This document shows positions 50,394 to 60,408 of a DNA stretch of 64,000 nt, piece by piece (within the stretch, counting starts at the first letter, position 1; every line of letters starts with the position of its first letter). The translations under genes and the position numbers were made by a program. Origin of the DNA: Monocercomonoides exilis PA203 (Eukaryota; Protista; Preaxostyla); assembly GCA_001643675.2 (NCBI GenBank), contig LSRY02000049.1:186001-250000 (forward strand). Reading direction: 5' to 3'. Below the pieces are notes generated by a model. The model was given only the letters and a program-made list of their open reading frames with translations. It searched no databases and was not told the DNA's origin.

Positions 50394-52913
50394 TTGCATA
50401 GTACACAACATATTAATTTTTATTTATTTTTTCGGGATTTGCCTTTTAACTTTTGGTGCCACCTCATTTCAAATTTGTTCTTCAAAATTTTAAAGACTGA
50501 TAACACCGACAATTCTAATTATTTCGAGCATTGGATAAAAAACGATGAAAGCATTATTGGCTCGTCTGTCGCATTTGAACTCAGTATTTTGTCGCATATC
50601 CCAAAAAATAGTGAAAGTCATATTTATGAGAGTGTATTACCAAAATACAAACAAACAAAATCAAACGCAAACGAAACATTTATTTGTGATTCTTCACAAA
50701 CCGATTTTCCTTCACTATATTCATCGCAATTTTATTCAGTTCAACCAATGCTGATTGGAAAGACTTTTTGCAAAATGGACGGATGCTTTCCACCATCAGA
50801 GAATAAAGAAGATTCCTATACTAAAACATATTACCAAGAGTTAAAAATTCCGTCTCATTTCACTTCAACAGAGTTTTCATCCTTCCGCAAATCAATTCTT
50901 GAAAACGAAGAGGCAAAGTGTTTTCATCTTCAGAATAGCAAAAGTCACGAAACTGAAGCTGCATTATCAAAGAAAACACAAACGAGATCAAAAAATAATA
51001 ATTTACAAACGGAAAGTTTGGATACTGAAAACGATTTTGCAATTAAGAAAGAAAGAATTATTTCTGATTTATTTTGTTCGTTCGAAAATTTTGCACCAAA
51101 ATCAGGAGGATATCATTCAGTTGCATCACCACAGCTTAAAGAATCATTTCGAAAAGATTCTGAATCTTCAGTGCAACTACATAAATCGGATCAAGTTATG
51201 TTAGAATCATCTGACAATCTCACAAATTGGCAGTTGCTCGATGGAAGAAACATCGAAGAAGAACTAAACAGAGTTCCAGATGGTTCAAGAGAATCTGCGC
51301 TACACGTTGTTCGCGAACGTAGCATGCAAAGCCGATGGATGCTTGCTGACAAAGTGGAAGATGAAATGATGTTGAAGCAAAGAGAACACTTACTCGAGCA
51401 GTTTCAAGAAAAAACGAATCAACCAAAGGAAAACTTATACAAGGAATATTCTCAAACACGAGAAAATGAACAAAAATCGCAACAATCTATTGAGGAAGCA
51501 AGTTCAATAAATCCAGAGACGGAGAAGCGGATTGATGAACTGATTACCAAAAGAAGGAAAAAACATATTCAAAAGCAAATCGACGAAGCGAAGCAATTTA
51601 AGAAAGATTTCGGCTATTGGGTGAGGAAGGAAGGGCCGATGAATCCAGATGAAAGCAGCATGTGGGACGATGCAGAGGAGAGTATGCAATTGAAAGAACA
51701 GGAACAAGCAGAGAAAAGCGGAGATGATAAAAGCGGAATGACACTTGAAGAAATGAAAAATCGGCTGAAAAATGCCTCTTCACTTAATCTTTCAGAAGGA
51801 GAGCAGCTTCATTTGCAAAAGGCTATTAACAAACAAGAACTAAAAATTGAACTTCAGGTGCGGCTTTCCAAAATGACTCAATTGGAGAAGGGAAGATGGC
51901 AGCTCCAAAAAGAGTTGTATGAACAATCAGCATATCGGAATCATTTACCAAGGAAAATAAAAAGGGAAATGGAAATTGAACTTGCTGATAAAATTTTAAC
52001 ACAATCTGGAGTTTTGAATTCTTTTCGGTCAGATGACCAGTCGAATCTTTCATTGAATGATACAGATAAAACCATCAATAAGGAAGATTTTCTTGGAGCT
52101 TCTCTCTCACAAACAACTCAATCCTTTGGATCATCTTTCATGGAGGAACGAAGTGCCAACCAATCTTATTCTTCTTTCATCCCGGCTTCATTTTCAACAA
52201 AGTCTCAAAGACCACCGATCCATTACCAACAAAATTCACAAAACTTTTTAAAATATGATTCTAATTCTTCTTCGAATAATTTCAAATCACCTCATTATAC
52301 CTTACCAAAACGATCTCGATTCACATTTTATGAAGCTCATCCAACTTGTTCAGATGAAGTTTTGCCTTCAAGTGCAATTTCAAAAACCGCTAAAGTTAAC
52401 AAGAATACTTTGAAAGGAAAATTTGCAAATCATTTTGAGTCAATCTTTTTACCAACATTACAGCTTCTTTGGAATTACCCCTTTCCAGAGAATTCATATT
52501 TTTCATCTTCAGATGCACTAAATTTTAATGGAGATGTTTTCACAGGAGAAAGTTTGTTTCTCACTCCTTTAATAAAAACAATTTCTCCATCAGATCAGGA
52601 AACTTTTCCGGTTTACGATCAAATGACTTTTTTTCAACAACAGCATCATGATTTCGTAGAACCTTTCGAACTTCCTGTTTCAGTAATCTTGAAAAGGAGA
52701 CATTGCGCTATCCCTTTGATACTACCTTCGTCACTTAATTTGTCATATTTCAGTCAGCCTACTTATCGTCGCGCGATGCGTGCTTTTAGATCCGAGCGGC
52801 GATCAGGATGCATCAGTACAAAGGCACTTTATGCCATGCTTCAATTCAGGCCACCACGTCCTGAACAAGTTAATCTCTTTAGCTTGGGCCACAAAAGATA
52901 TAATTACAAATGA
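50394..52913 (+). CDS. Unassigned six-member family, member 6; the tracked start is a non-ATG codon in AT-rich sequence, so the true start is probably downstream or spliced
   Basis: DNLTNWQL; MQSRWMLADK; QKQIDEAKQFKKDFGYWVRKEGPMNPDESSMWDDAE...SGMTLEEMKNRLKNA. Confidence 0.8.
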   Translation: MHSTQHINFYLFFRDLPFNFWCHLISNLFFKILKTDNTDNSNYFEHWIKNDESIIGSSVAFELSILSHIPKNSESHIYESVLPKYKQTKSNANETFICDSSQTDFPSLYSSQFYSVQPMLIGKTFCKMDGCFPPSENKEDSYTKTYYQELKIPSHFTSTEFSSFRKSILENEEAKCFHLQNSKSHETEAALSKKTQTRSKNNNLQTESLDTENDFAIKKERIISDLFCSFENFAPKSGGYHSVASPQLKESFRKDSESSVQLHKSDQVMLESSDNLTNWQLLDGRNIEEELNRVPDGSRESALHVVRERSMQSRWMLADKVEDEMMLKQREHLLEQFQEKTNQPKENLYKEYSQTRENEQKSQQSIEEASSINPETEKRIDELITKRRKKHIQKQIDEAKQFKKDFGYWVRKEGPMNPDESSMWDDAEESMQLKEQEQAEKSGDDKSGMTLEEMKNRLKNASSLNLSEGEQLHLQKAINKQELKIELQVRLSKMTQLEKGRWQLQKELYEQSAYRNHLPRKIKREMEIELADKILTQSGVLNSFRSDDQSNLSLNDTDKTINKEDFLGASLSQTTQSFGSSFMEERSANQSYSSFIPASFSTKSQRPPIHYQQNSQNFLKYDSNSSSNNFKSPHYTLPKRSRFTFYEAHPTCSDEVLPSSAISKTAKVNKNTLKGKFANHFESIFLPTLQLLWNYPFPENSYFSSSDALNFNGDVFTGESLFLTPLIKTISPSDQETFPVYDQMTFFQQQHHDFVEPFELPVSVILKRRHCAIPLILPSSLNLSYFSQPTYRRAMRAFRSERRSGCISTKALYAMLQFRPPRPEQVNLFSLGHKRYNYK

Positions 52914-53310
52914 ATAAGGCTCAATAAATTAATAAATAAAAGTATTTCTCATCTCCAACAAAATTTTCTTCGCAACTATTGGACGTAATGAATAAAATTG
53001 AACAGACATTTCCAATAATTACTGCTTATTTTCAAAATCATCGAAGTTTGAACGATTATCAATTTTCTCTTTCTTTTTTAAATTGTGATAAAAAAACAAA
53101 AAATAAACATTATTTTATGAAATTTCTTTTGGATAATTAAAAAAAAATGCAATTGTCAAAACGAAAAGAATAAATGCAACTCGCACAACAGCAACATTTT
53201 TTCGATTTCTCAGTAATTGGTCTTTTTTAATTTTAAAAACGCTTTAAGCAACACTTCTCAATGCAAACATTTAATTAATTAATTTATTTTTGAATTATCA
53301 TGTAAAGTCT

Positions 53311-56300
53311 CTAATCCATTTCCTCATCAGCATCAACCTCATACCCGCCACTTGCAGTGAAGTCAGTATCAATGGACACACAATTGGTGATTGCATAGAT
53401 CAGTCTTTCTTTAAGAATATCCTTTGATGAATAGCGAGGTAATTCAAGATGCTGACTGCACGTGTGACTTTCAGGCATTGTACCATCAACATTTGAACGA
53501 GATGAAGAATAACCCATAATTGTAACTTTAATTTCAAGTCCGCGTGGAATATGTCCTTCAACGATTGGTGGAAGTCTGCTTCTTCCTGTCACAAATCGAA
53601 GGTACAATTGTCTCTGCAAATTGCTAAGTTCAGAAAGTGCATCCCAGAAGTATCTCACCAGCTGTGGAGTTGAATCGAAGCCGGACATAACAGTGATCTT
53701 CTTCAAATCTTCCACTGTCACCCTTCCGTCACCACAGGTGAGGAATTCCAACTCTTTTCCTGTCGCAAGCATAAGAATTTCTTCTGGCACAACAGCCAGC
53801 AACCCACGTCGTATTTCTGCAGCTTCTGCAGCACCTTCTCTGAGACGGTAAGCTTCAGCTGCAGCGCAATACGCTTCTCTATCTTCAAATGCAACTTCTT
53901 CAAAAGCACCTCCGCTGCTGCCTCCAACTTGAGGAGAGGAGTGGGCACGCAATGGTTTATGCTGTGAAAGATCGATAGTAGTCTTTCCATCAGTAGACAG
54001 CACATTCCACTCCAAGCCATAATATGCAAATTCTTTTGGATTGGTACAGCGCTTCACAGAACGCATCAAACGCACGAACATCTCATCTACGCTCTCCAAA
54101 TCATTCAGAGTTGGCTGTTCATCAGCAATGTGCTTCCACACTGTTTTGCCCAACATCACATTCATTGGGTTGCGTGTAACAATGTGTATTCCCATCAATG
54201 ATCCGAGGAAACGCAACATTTCCACTTTCCTAAGAGGCATTGCTTCTGAATCCAAATCGCTTTCTCTAACAACACGCCCACCTGATCCACCTATGGCTGT
54301 AGTTTTATCTTCCTCTCCCTTCTTTCCTTTGCCTTTCTTCTTCTTTTTATCTCCTCCCAGCATCTTCTCAACTTTATTTTCAGTTCCCTTCGACCATTCA
54401 TCTTCGTCGTTTGAAACGTTCATAACAAAACATTCCCGATCAGTTCCCACATCTCCGGCTCTGTTTGCTGAAGGACGAAGAAGAGGAAGCTTGCACGAAG
54501 TGCCTCCTTTCACATTGCTCATGTCAATCATTCCACGCCCTCCTTTCTTTCTTCCGCTTTCTCCATCAGATCCTGTTGAACTCTCCTGGACTTGTTGCAA
54601 TTCAGATGCCATATCAGATAAGCATTCACGATATGGCCCACCAGCATCAGTACTTCCTTCTCCTATGAAATCAACTCTGAATGCGTAGTCGCGAGATCCA
54701 ATGGTACCAGCTGCAATGTGCGAGCGGAGCGCTTCCATCACCTGCACAAACAAGGAGTTCTTGATGATAGTTCCACCTTTCGCACTCGCTCCTCGAAGTG
54801 TTCTGTTCACACGGATATGGGGTGCTGATTTAGATGAATAGCAGGCATTTAATCGTTCTTCCCATATTTTCTCTTTAATAGCAACGAACAGCAAACTTCG
54901 GAACGACTTTAGCATTCCCATGAATTGCAGAGATGAGCTTAAAGATGCCAATGGAAGAGTCTCAAAGATCTCTGAAACAACGTTGTTCAAATTGAACAGA
55001 AGTGAAAGCCTGACAGAGAGTGGGTGAATACACAATGGATCGCGTATTAACTCATCGCTTTCACCTTCCTTTGCTGAGGATTCTAATCCATCTGATAAAG
55101 ATGAAGATGTAGAGGAGGCTGAGGACTCAAAAGCAAATGCTTCAAATGATTGAGGTGTAAGATCCTGCTCAACTTTTGTGCATGTGTCCAAATTCAAATG
55201 AGCATATGGAGTTGTGGATGGATTGTGAGATGTGAGTTGGGTAAGAACAAGAGATGGATCAACTGTACGTGTCTTGAATGAAGGGAAGCTTTTAGCGCTA
55301 ACAGGGATTGGAGATGGTGATGCAGGTGCTGGCGATGTTCCAGAACCGTAGAACCCGAAAGCACTTGGTGCAGGTGACACAGAAGCCAATCCTCTGGCAA
55401 ATGGAGGAGGCGACACTGATCTTCCAGGGGGAGGTGATTGTGAGCGGCGCTTCTCTGAATCTGCAGAAGCCGGAGGAGGAGAAAGCGAAAGAGGCCCAGG
55501 TGAAGCAGATCGGCCTGTTCTCTTGTCTTTCTCTTGCTTCCGCGTATCTGTTGCTGAAAATCCAGTGTTGACACTTTGACTTCCAGTCTGGAAAACTTCC
55601 ATTGCTTCTTCAATCACATCTTTCATTCCAATTTCTTCCCACGAAACTTTCAATCTTCTCACAGCTCTGTTTACAAGATCCACAATGCAGCTGTCCAGCT
55701 CAATGTTCCACAGATGCCTGTCTGCAAAGATGCCGTGAATTCTCCTCATGCATGGGATAAGAGTCCTTCCAAACGATCTTTCAGCTTTTTCAGGGAACTT
55801 AGCTGTCACCCAGCCTTTCACACCGTAGTTGCGTTCGCTGCTTTTCGGTTCTCTGTTGTGTGTCTCCAAACGGAGGTAGATTTCTGATCCGTTCACCTTC
55901 AGCTCGAACGGTCCTTCGCTGTGCTTCCCTTTCTCCGACATTCCGAAGCCGGTGCTGCTGACCACTACGCAGTGGCCTCTCGATTTGTCGACTTTGGTGG
56001 ATTGGTCAAATGAAGCAGTGATCTTTTTGGCACCAGGGAACACAACTTTCATCTTCCACCCATTTTGCGAATAAGGATGCTCTGATTCAGCACGAATTCT
56101 CTTGGCAGCATCGAGAACTCCTTCCCACACAAGATCAGGCTGCACACCGCGTGTGTTCAGGAAGAAAGACATGTACTCTTCCAGCCTCTGGAAAAGTCCA
56201 ATGTTCGATGATGGAGAGAATAGAGCAGTTGTGTCAAGTGGTTCGTATTCTTCGTCCCTTACTCGGCCAGTTCCAGTCAGTCTGCCAAGGTTTCCTCCGT

Positions 56301-59300
56301 AATTCTGCAATGACAAAGGCGCCTCTGATTCTGCTGGAGCTTCGACACTCATCGCGCCTTCAATCGCTGCTGTAGGTTTCTCTTCGACTCCCATCAATCC
56401 TTTGGTCACTTCACTTTCTTTTAATACCTTCTCTTCCTCTGAAGATCTCAATTTCAGAATCAGCTTTCGCACTTTATATGCCCTAATCATAACTGCCTTC
56501 AGTTCCAAAAGTGTAACAGCATGAGGCAAAGATAAGTCAACGTCTCTTTTTGAACCTTCATCATCATCTTCCTCTGAGTCAGAATCAGAAGAATCGCTGT
56601 CATCGTCGTCGTCTTCTTCTTCCTCCATTCCGACTTCTGAAATAAATTCCTCGATTTGACGAGTTGGGAATCCCTTTAATGAAAGGCATGGAGCTCTAAC
56701 TTGCTCAGCTTTCTGATTGTCAATTTCATCTTCACTCACAACGCTTCCAGCACGGCATTCGCACCATCTGAGAAGAAGATGGTTGAGAAGTAGAGCAAAC
56801 ACTTTGTAAAGTGGATGCTTTCCGTTCATAACAGTCACTACGCTCATCAATGGGCTTATCAACGGAGCCAAATCTATCCACACACCATCCATGGCTTCTG
56901 CTGCTGAAGACGACGATGACGAACATGCAGACGATTCGCGTGGTTTTTCGCATCCACGCAATGGCAATGAAAGAAGGAGCTGGATGATCCAAATGGCAAG
57001 CTCAAGAGAGCCTTTATGCTTGTCATTTGACTCATCTGCATCTGATCCTTCGTCATCACCTTCTTCGTTCATTCCGCATCCTTCCCCAAGCTCACTCACA
57101 AATCTCTTCCATCGAAGAGGTTTACCTGCCCCTCCACTTTCCTCAACAGCCTCTCCGCTTCCAATCCCTCCTTCTCCCTCTGCGTCCGTGACAAAGAACT
57201 TGTATCCCCATTCATCGCTTCCACCAGAGCTCTCAAACTTGAATAGCACACGATCCACATCAGCAATCACAAATGACTGGAATCCTTCTGTTCCGTGTAG
57301 TACTTTCAGCTCCTTCCCATCAGAAACATTGATGAATCGCAATTTATCTTTGCCTTGTTCAGTGCTGCATCTCCTATCAAACTTAATCTTCAGGCCGCTA
57401 GCACCAGTGACACGCAGCTCTTCACTCACATTGACTTTGTCCTTTAGAGGATGCCGACTTTCCATCACAACCATATTCTTCAGCAGGTGAGTTCCTGAAG
57501 TAAACACTCCACCTTCTTTCATTCCTTTCCCTTTGGAAACAATGCTCGTGCTGAATGAAGGAATTGGAATCAATCTTTGTCTTTCATGAGAATTTTCGGA
57601 TTGATTCTTATCATCGATTTTTGTTGATGAACTCATAGATGAAGAAGCAGAAGAAGAAAGCGAACTGTCTTCTTCCAAAGTGTCGTCTTTCCAGGTGTCT
57701 CCCTTTGGAATTATTCCTTTCAATTCAGCAGTTTCTGTTGTTGTAATTGCCTCTGAAATAGCAGCAGGAGATCGCAAGATGGTCAGCAGACATCTCAGCA
57801 AAAATGACAGACATCCATCGCCCCATCCATCAACAAGCTCTGCGGCAGCATTAACTTGTTCATTTGGTAGAGATCCATACAACTTCTTCGCTGCTGTAAT
57901 TTCTGCTTTTCTGGCAACGGCAAATTCGCGTCCCTCGGATGAAATGGTCTGAAGCACTTTTCCAGCAACGCACCCGCTGGTGATTTCATCTGCCATCCAC
58001 CATCCAACACGCCTTGTTAAAGCCATGATGCTCTCTTCGTCTGTTGCTGGCTGTACAAAAAGATTTCTCTCTCTTTGTTTCTTGCTGCTATCACCCACTT
58101 CCATTGCACGCATGCTGTCACCACACAAAGTCTTCCTTCCAACAATTTGATGCAATGTTCGCGATAGGTCAATAAACACCACACCAGAAAAGTTGTGCCT
58201 TAAAAAGGCGTAAAGCGTGGCTTCGTCGCAAATTTCTCCACAGCGAAACGGCTTCGTACGAGGAGAGTTTGCAAGCACAGCCACAACAATTCCCTTTGCA
58301 ATGCGCTGATTAAGAGCATGCTCTGCAAGAAGTAGCTGTATCGAACGGGTCATAAAAGCAGATGCACCATCGGTTGAAGGATCTCCTGCACGGGTTAGAG
58401 GAGGAATGGACATATCTGAATTTTCGTCTGCTGCACCGACTGATGCGTCAATTGGGAGTGCAAAGGCACGCAGATCCTCGGCACCTACCCACTCACACAC
58501 GCTTAGCCCTCTTTCGTTATTACGTCCTGAAACAAATACTCTTTCTGGTGAACCTGGCGCATCTTTTCCACTAAGCCCAATCACACGGCACAAGCAACCA
58601 ACAGTACCGTCTTTGCAGCGCAGGCCAACAACGCCAGTAAGAGGTGAAGTAAATTCGCCTGATGAAGACGATGATTGACTGTTTGCTGATTTGGGTAAAG
58701 ACATGGAAGAGCTTAAAACATGCGCTGAAAGACGCTGCGATGGTGAAGATACCAAAAGATAAACGTCACCAACATGAATGTCTTTGAACGCAACTCGTTT
58801 CAGCCCAGCAGCTGACTCTTCCATCATTCGCATCAGTTGTGTAGCAATTGTAGCAAGCGATCCGCCTTCCACCCCAACTCCTCCAACTGCTCCCTTTGCT
58901 CCTTTCTTCTTTTTCGATTTTCCTTCTCCAAGCTCTTCTCCAAACAAATCTTTGTCTTCATTATCACTTTCGGATTCACTTTCTTCTTCTGAGCTCTCAA
59001 GAGAATCAGACTCGGAATCGCTATGCTTCTTCTTTCCGCGCTTCTTCTTCCTCTTTTTAAGAATAGAGACAATGGCCTTCTTTCTTTTTTTGAAAGCAGA
59101 TTCTTCCTCTTTCTTCAAAACTTCTGAATCTGTTGATGCAACCACATCATCTTTTAGCATTTCGGAATCTGCTGATTTATTTTCATCTCTTTTAACACCT
59201 TTATCTTTTTCAAGAAATTCTCCAGTTACAAACTCCTCTCCTAATAAATTTTCATCAAGCAAACTATCAATAAATGTCAATTCTTCAATTACCATTTTCT

Positions 59301-59808
59301 TTGTTCTTGGCTCTTTTTTGCTTCGTTTTGAATCCTTTCCTTTCTTCTTCTTCTTCTTCTCTCCATCTTTATCTTTTTCATCATCTTCTTTATCTTCGTC
59401 ATATTCCCACTTTTTCATTTCAAGTTTCTCTAATTCAGAAAGAGCTTTTTCTTTCTTTTTCGCCTCCTTTGCTTGCTGTTTTTTCATTGTTTTCATATTC
59501 TTTTTGTCTTTCTTCCCTTTTCCTTTTTCTGATTCCGAATCGCTCGTTTCAGAATCCGAAGTTCCTTGTACCTTTTCTTCTTCGTGCTTGTCTGTACTTA
59601 TTCGCTTAAAAATTGCCATGGCAACCTTTTTTTCTTCTTCTTCATTTCCTCCTGCTCCTTGGCTCAAGTATGGCAATTTTCCACCAAATATTTGAAGATC
59701 ATTTTCAAGATTAACAGTAAAATTCTGAGTTTTTGCAAGTTTCAAAAGTGGATCTTCTGGCTTCTCCTTTTTGTCTTTTTTCTGCTTAGATTTTGAATGA
59801 CTAGGCAT
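53311..59808 (-). CDS. HECT-domain E3 ubiquitin ligase, HERC2/HECTD4-like, 2165 aa
   Basis: C-terminal HECT: FRVDFIGEGSTDAGGPYRE, YLRFVTGRSRLP, MPESHTCSQHLELPRYSSKDILKERLIYAITNCVSIDTD (catalytic Cys). Two ESxHP..G(A)..FD beta-sandwich repeats resemble the CUB-like segment of HERC2. Confidence 0.92.
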   Translation of the reverse strand: MPSHSKSKQKKDKKEKPEDPLLKLAKTQNFTVNLENDLQIFGGKLPYLSQGAGGNEEEEKKVAMAIFKRISTDKHEEEKVQGTSDSETSDSESEKGKGKKDKKNMKTMKKQQAKEAKKKEKALSELEKLEMKKWEYDEDKEDDEKDKDGEKKKKKKGKDSKRSKKEPRTKKMVIEELTFIDSLLDENLLGEEFVTGEFLEKDKGVKRDENKSADSEMLKDDVVASTDSEVLKKEEESAFKKRKKAIVSILKKRKKKRGKKKHSDSESDSLESSEEESESESDNEDKDLFGEELGEGKSKKKKGAKGAVGGVGVEGGSLATIATQLMRMMEESAAGLKRVAFKDIHVGDVYLLVSSPSQRLSAHVLSSSMSLPKSANSQSSSSSGEFTSPLTGVVGLRCKDGTVGCLCRVIGLSGKDAPGSPERVFVSGRNNERGLSVCEWVGAEDLRAFALPIDASVGAADENSDMSIPPLTRAGDPSTDGASAFMTRSIQLLLAEHALNQRIAKGIVVAVLANSPRTKPFRCGEICDEATLYAFLRHNFSGVVFIDLSRTLHQIVGRKTLCGDSMRAMEVGDSSKKQRERNLFVQPATDEESIMALTRRVGWWMADEITSGCVAGKVLQTISSEGREFAVARKAEITAAKKLYGSLPNEQVNAAAELVDGWGDGCLSFLLRCLLTILRSPAAISEAITTTETAELKGIIPKGDTWKDDTLEEDSSLSSSASSSMSSSTKIDDKNQSENSHERQRLIPIPSFSTSIVSKGKGMKEGGVFTSGTHLLKNMVVMESRHPLKDKVNVSEELRVTGASGLKIKFDRRCSTEQGKDKLRFINVSDGKELKVLHGTEGFQSFVIADVDRVLFKFESSGGSDEWGYKFFVTDAEGEGGIGSGEAVEESGGAGKPLRWKRFVSELGEGCGMNEEGDDEGSDADESNDKHKGSLELAIWIIQLLLSLPLRGCEKPRESSACSSSSSSAAEAMDGVWIDLAPLISPLMSVVTVMNGKHPLYKVFALLLNHLLLRWCECRAGSVVSEDEIDNQKAEQVRAPCLSLKGFPTRQIEEFISEVGMEEEEDDDDDSDSSDSDSEEDDDEGSKRDVDLSLPHAVTLLELKAVMIRAYKVRKLILKLRSSEEEKVLKESEVTKGLMGVEEKPTAAIEGAMSVEAPAESEAPLSLQNYGGNLGRLTGTGRVRDEEYEPLDTTALFSPSSNIGLFQRLEEYMSFFLNTRGVQPDLVWEGVLDAAKRIRAESEHPYSQNGWKMKVVFPGAKKITASFDQSTKVDKSRGHCVVVSSTGFGMSEKGKHSEGPFELKVNGSEIYLRLETHNREPKSSERNYGVKGWVTAKFPEKAERSFGRTLIPCMRRIHGIFADRHLWNIELDSCIVDLVNRAVRRLKVSWEEIGMKDVIEEAMEVFQTGSQSVNTGFSATDTRKQEKDKRTGRSASPGPLSLSPPPASADSEKRRSQSPPPGRSVSPPPFARGLASVSPAPSAFGFYGSGTSPAPASPSPIPVSAKSFPSFKTRTVDPSLVLTQLTSHNPSTTPYAHLNLDTCTKVEQDLTPQSFEAFAFESSASSTSSSLSDGLESSAKEGESDELIRDPLCIHPLSVRLSLLFNLNNVVSEIFETLPLASLSSSLQFMGMLKSFRSLLFVAIKEKIWEERLNACYSSKSAPHIRVNRTLRGASAKGGTIIKNSLFVQVMEALRSHIAAGTIGSRDYAFRVDFIGEGSTDAGGPYRECLSDMASELQQVQESSTGSDGESGRKKGGRGMIDMSNVKGGTSCKLPLLRPSANRAGDVGTDRECFVMNVSNDEDEWSKGTENKVEKMLGGDKKKKKGKGKKGEEDKTTAIGGSGGRVVRESDLDSEAMPLRKVEMLRFLGSLMGIHIVTRNPMNVMLGKTVWKHIADEQPTLNDLESVDEMFVRLMRSVKRCTNPKEFAYYGLEWNVLSTDGKTTIDLSQHKPLRAHSSPQVGGSSGGAFEEVAFEDREAYCAAAEAYRLREGAAEAAEIRRGLLAVVPEEILMLATGKELEFLTCGDGRVTVEDLKKITVMSGFDSTPQLVRYFWDALSELSNLQRQLYLRFVTGRSRLPPIVEGHIPRGLEIKVTIMGYSSSRSNVDGTMPESHTCSQHLELPRYSSKDILKERLIYAITNCVSIDTDFTASGGYEVDADEEMD

Positions 59809-60408
59809 TTAATTGTAACAAAACTTTGGAATTGTCAAATAACTCCAAGGTTATTGATCACAATCCTAATATTTGTTTCATGTCAATTTTGATCTTTTTA
59901 CTATTGCGAGATTAAGTGAGATAATAACAGGTTTAAAAATGCTGCAATTAAGATGTGTATAAAAGAGAAATGAAATTTGAAAGAAATACTCTTGATTATA
60001 ATATTTCTGTTAAAAAATTGTAAAAATTTTAAATTATTTACAAAATTTAATAAAAACAAAAAATTATTTTGATTTTATTTCAAATGAATGATGCTTGGTA
60101 TTGGTATATTATGAATATATAGCATATTGCTCATCATTTTTTTTAAAAATCGTTCAAAATCTTTGAAGTAATATCTTTTCTATTTGTCACAAGAAATAAA
60201 AAAAAATACAAATCAAAGTAAAAAATCACAATTTACCATGAACTTTGAAGGAGTTAATCTATCTTCAAATAAATTTGAGATTTTGGATCGCATCATCAGA
60301 AAGTTACTGTTCTTTTTCCATTAGGAATACATTTCTGAATCGAAATTGGAGATTCATATAACATTTTGTTATGAAAAGAGAAATTTCAAGAAATTCATTA
60401 GTGATTTT

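Noticed and set aside
3427-53313. Stop-codon reassignment (TAA/TAG = Gln, as in some metamonads and ciliates)
   Set aside because: Conserved genes end properly at TAA (NOP58), TAG (HECT) and TGA (BBS8), and multi-kb ORFs contain no in-frame TAR.
58778-59695. 305-aa Phe/Ser-rich plus-strand ORF, and similar antisense ORFs across the USP, HECT, NOP58 and CFAP57 genes
   Set aside because: Shadow ORFs opposite Lys/Glu-rich coding sequence, with no independent motifs.
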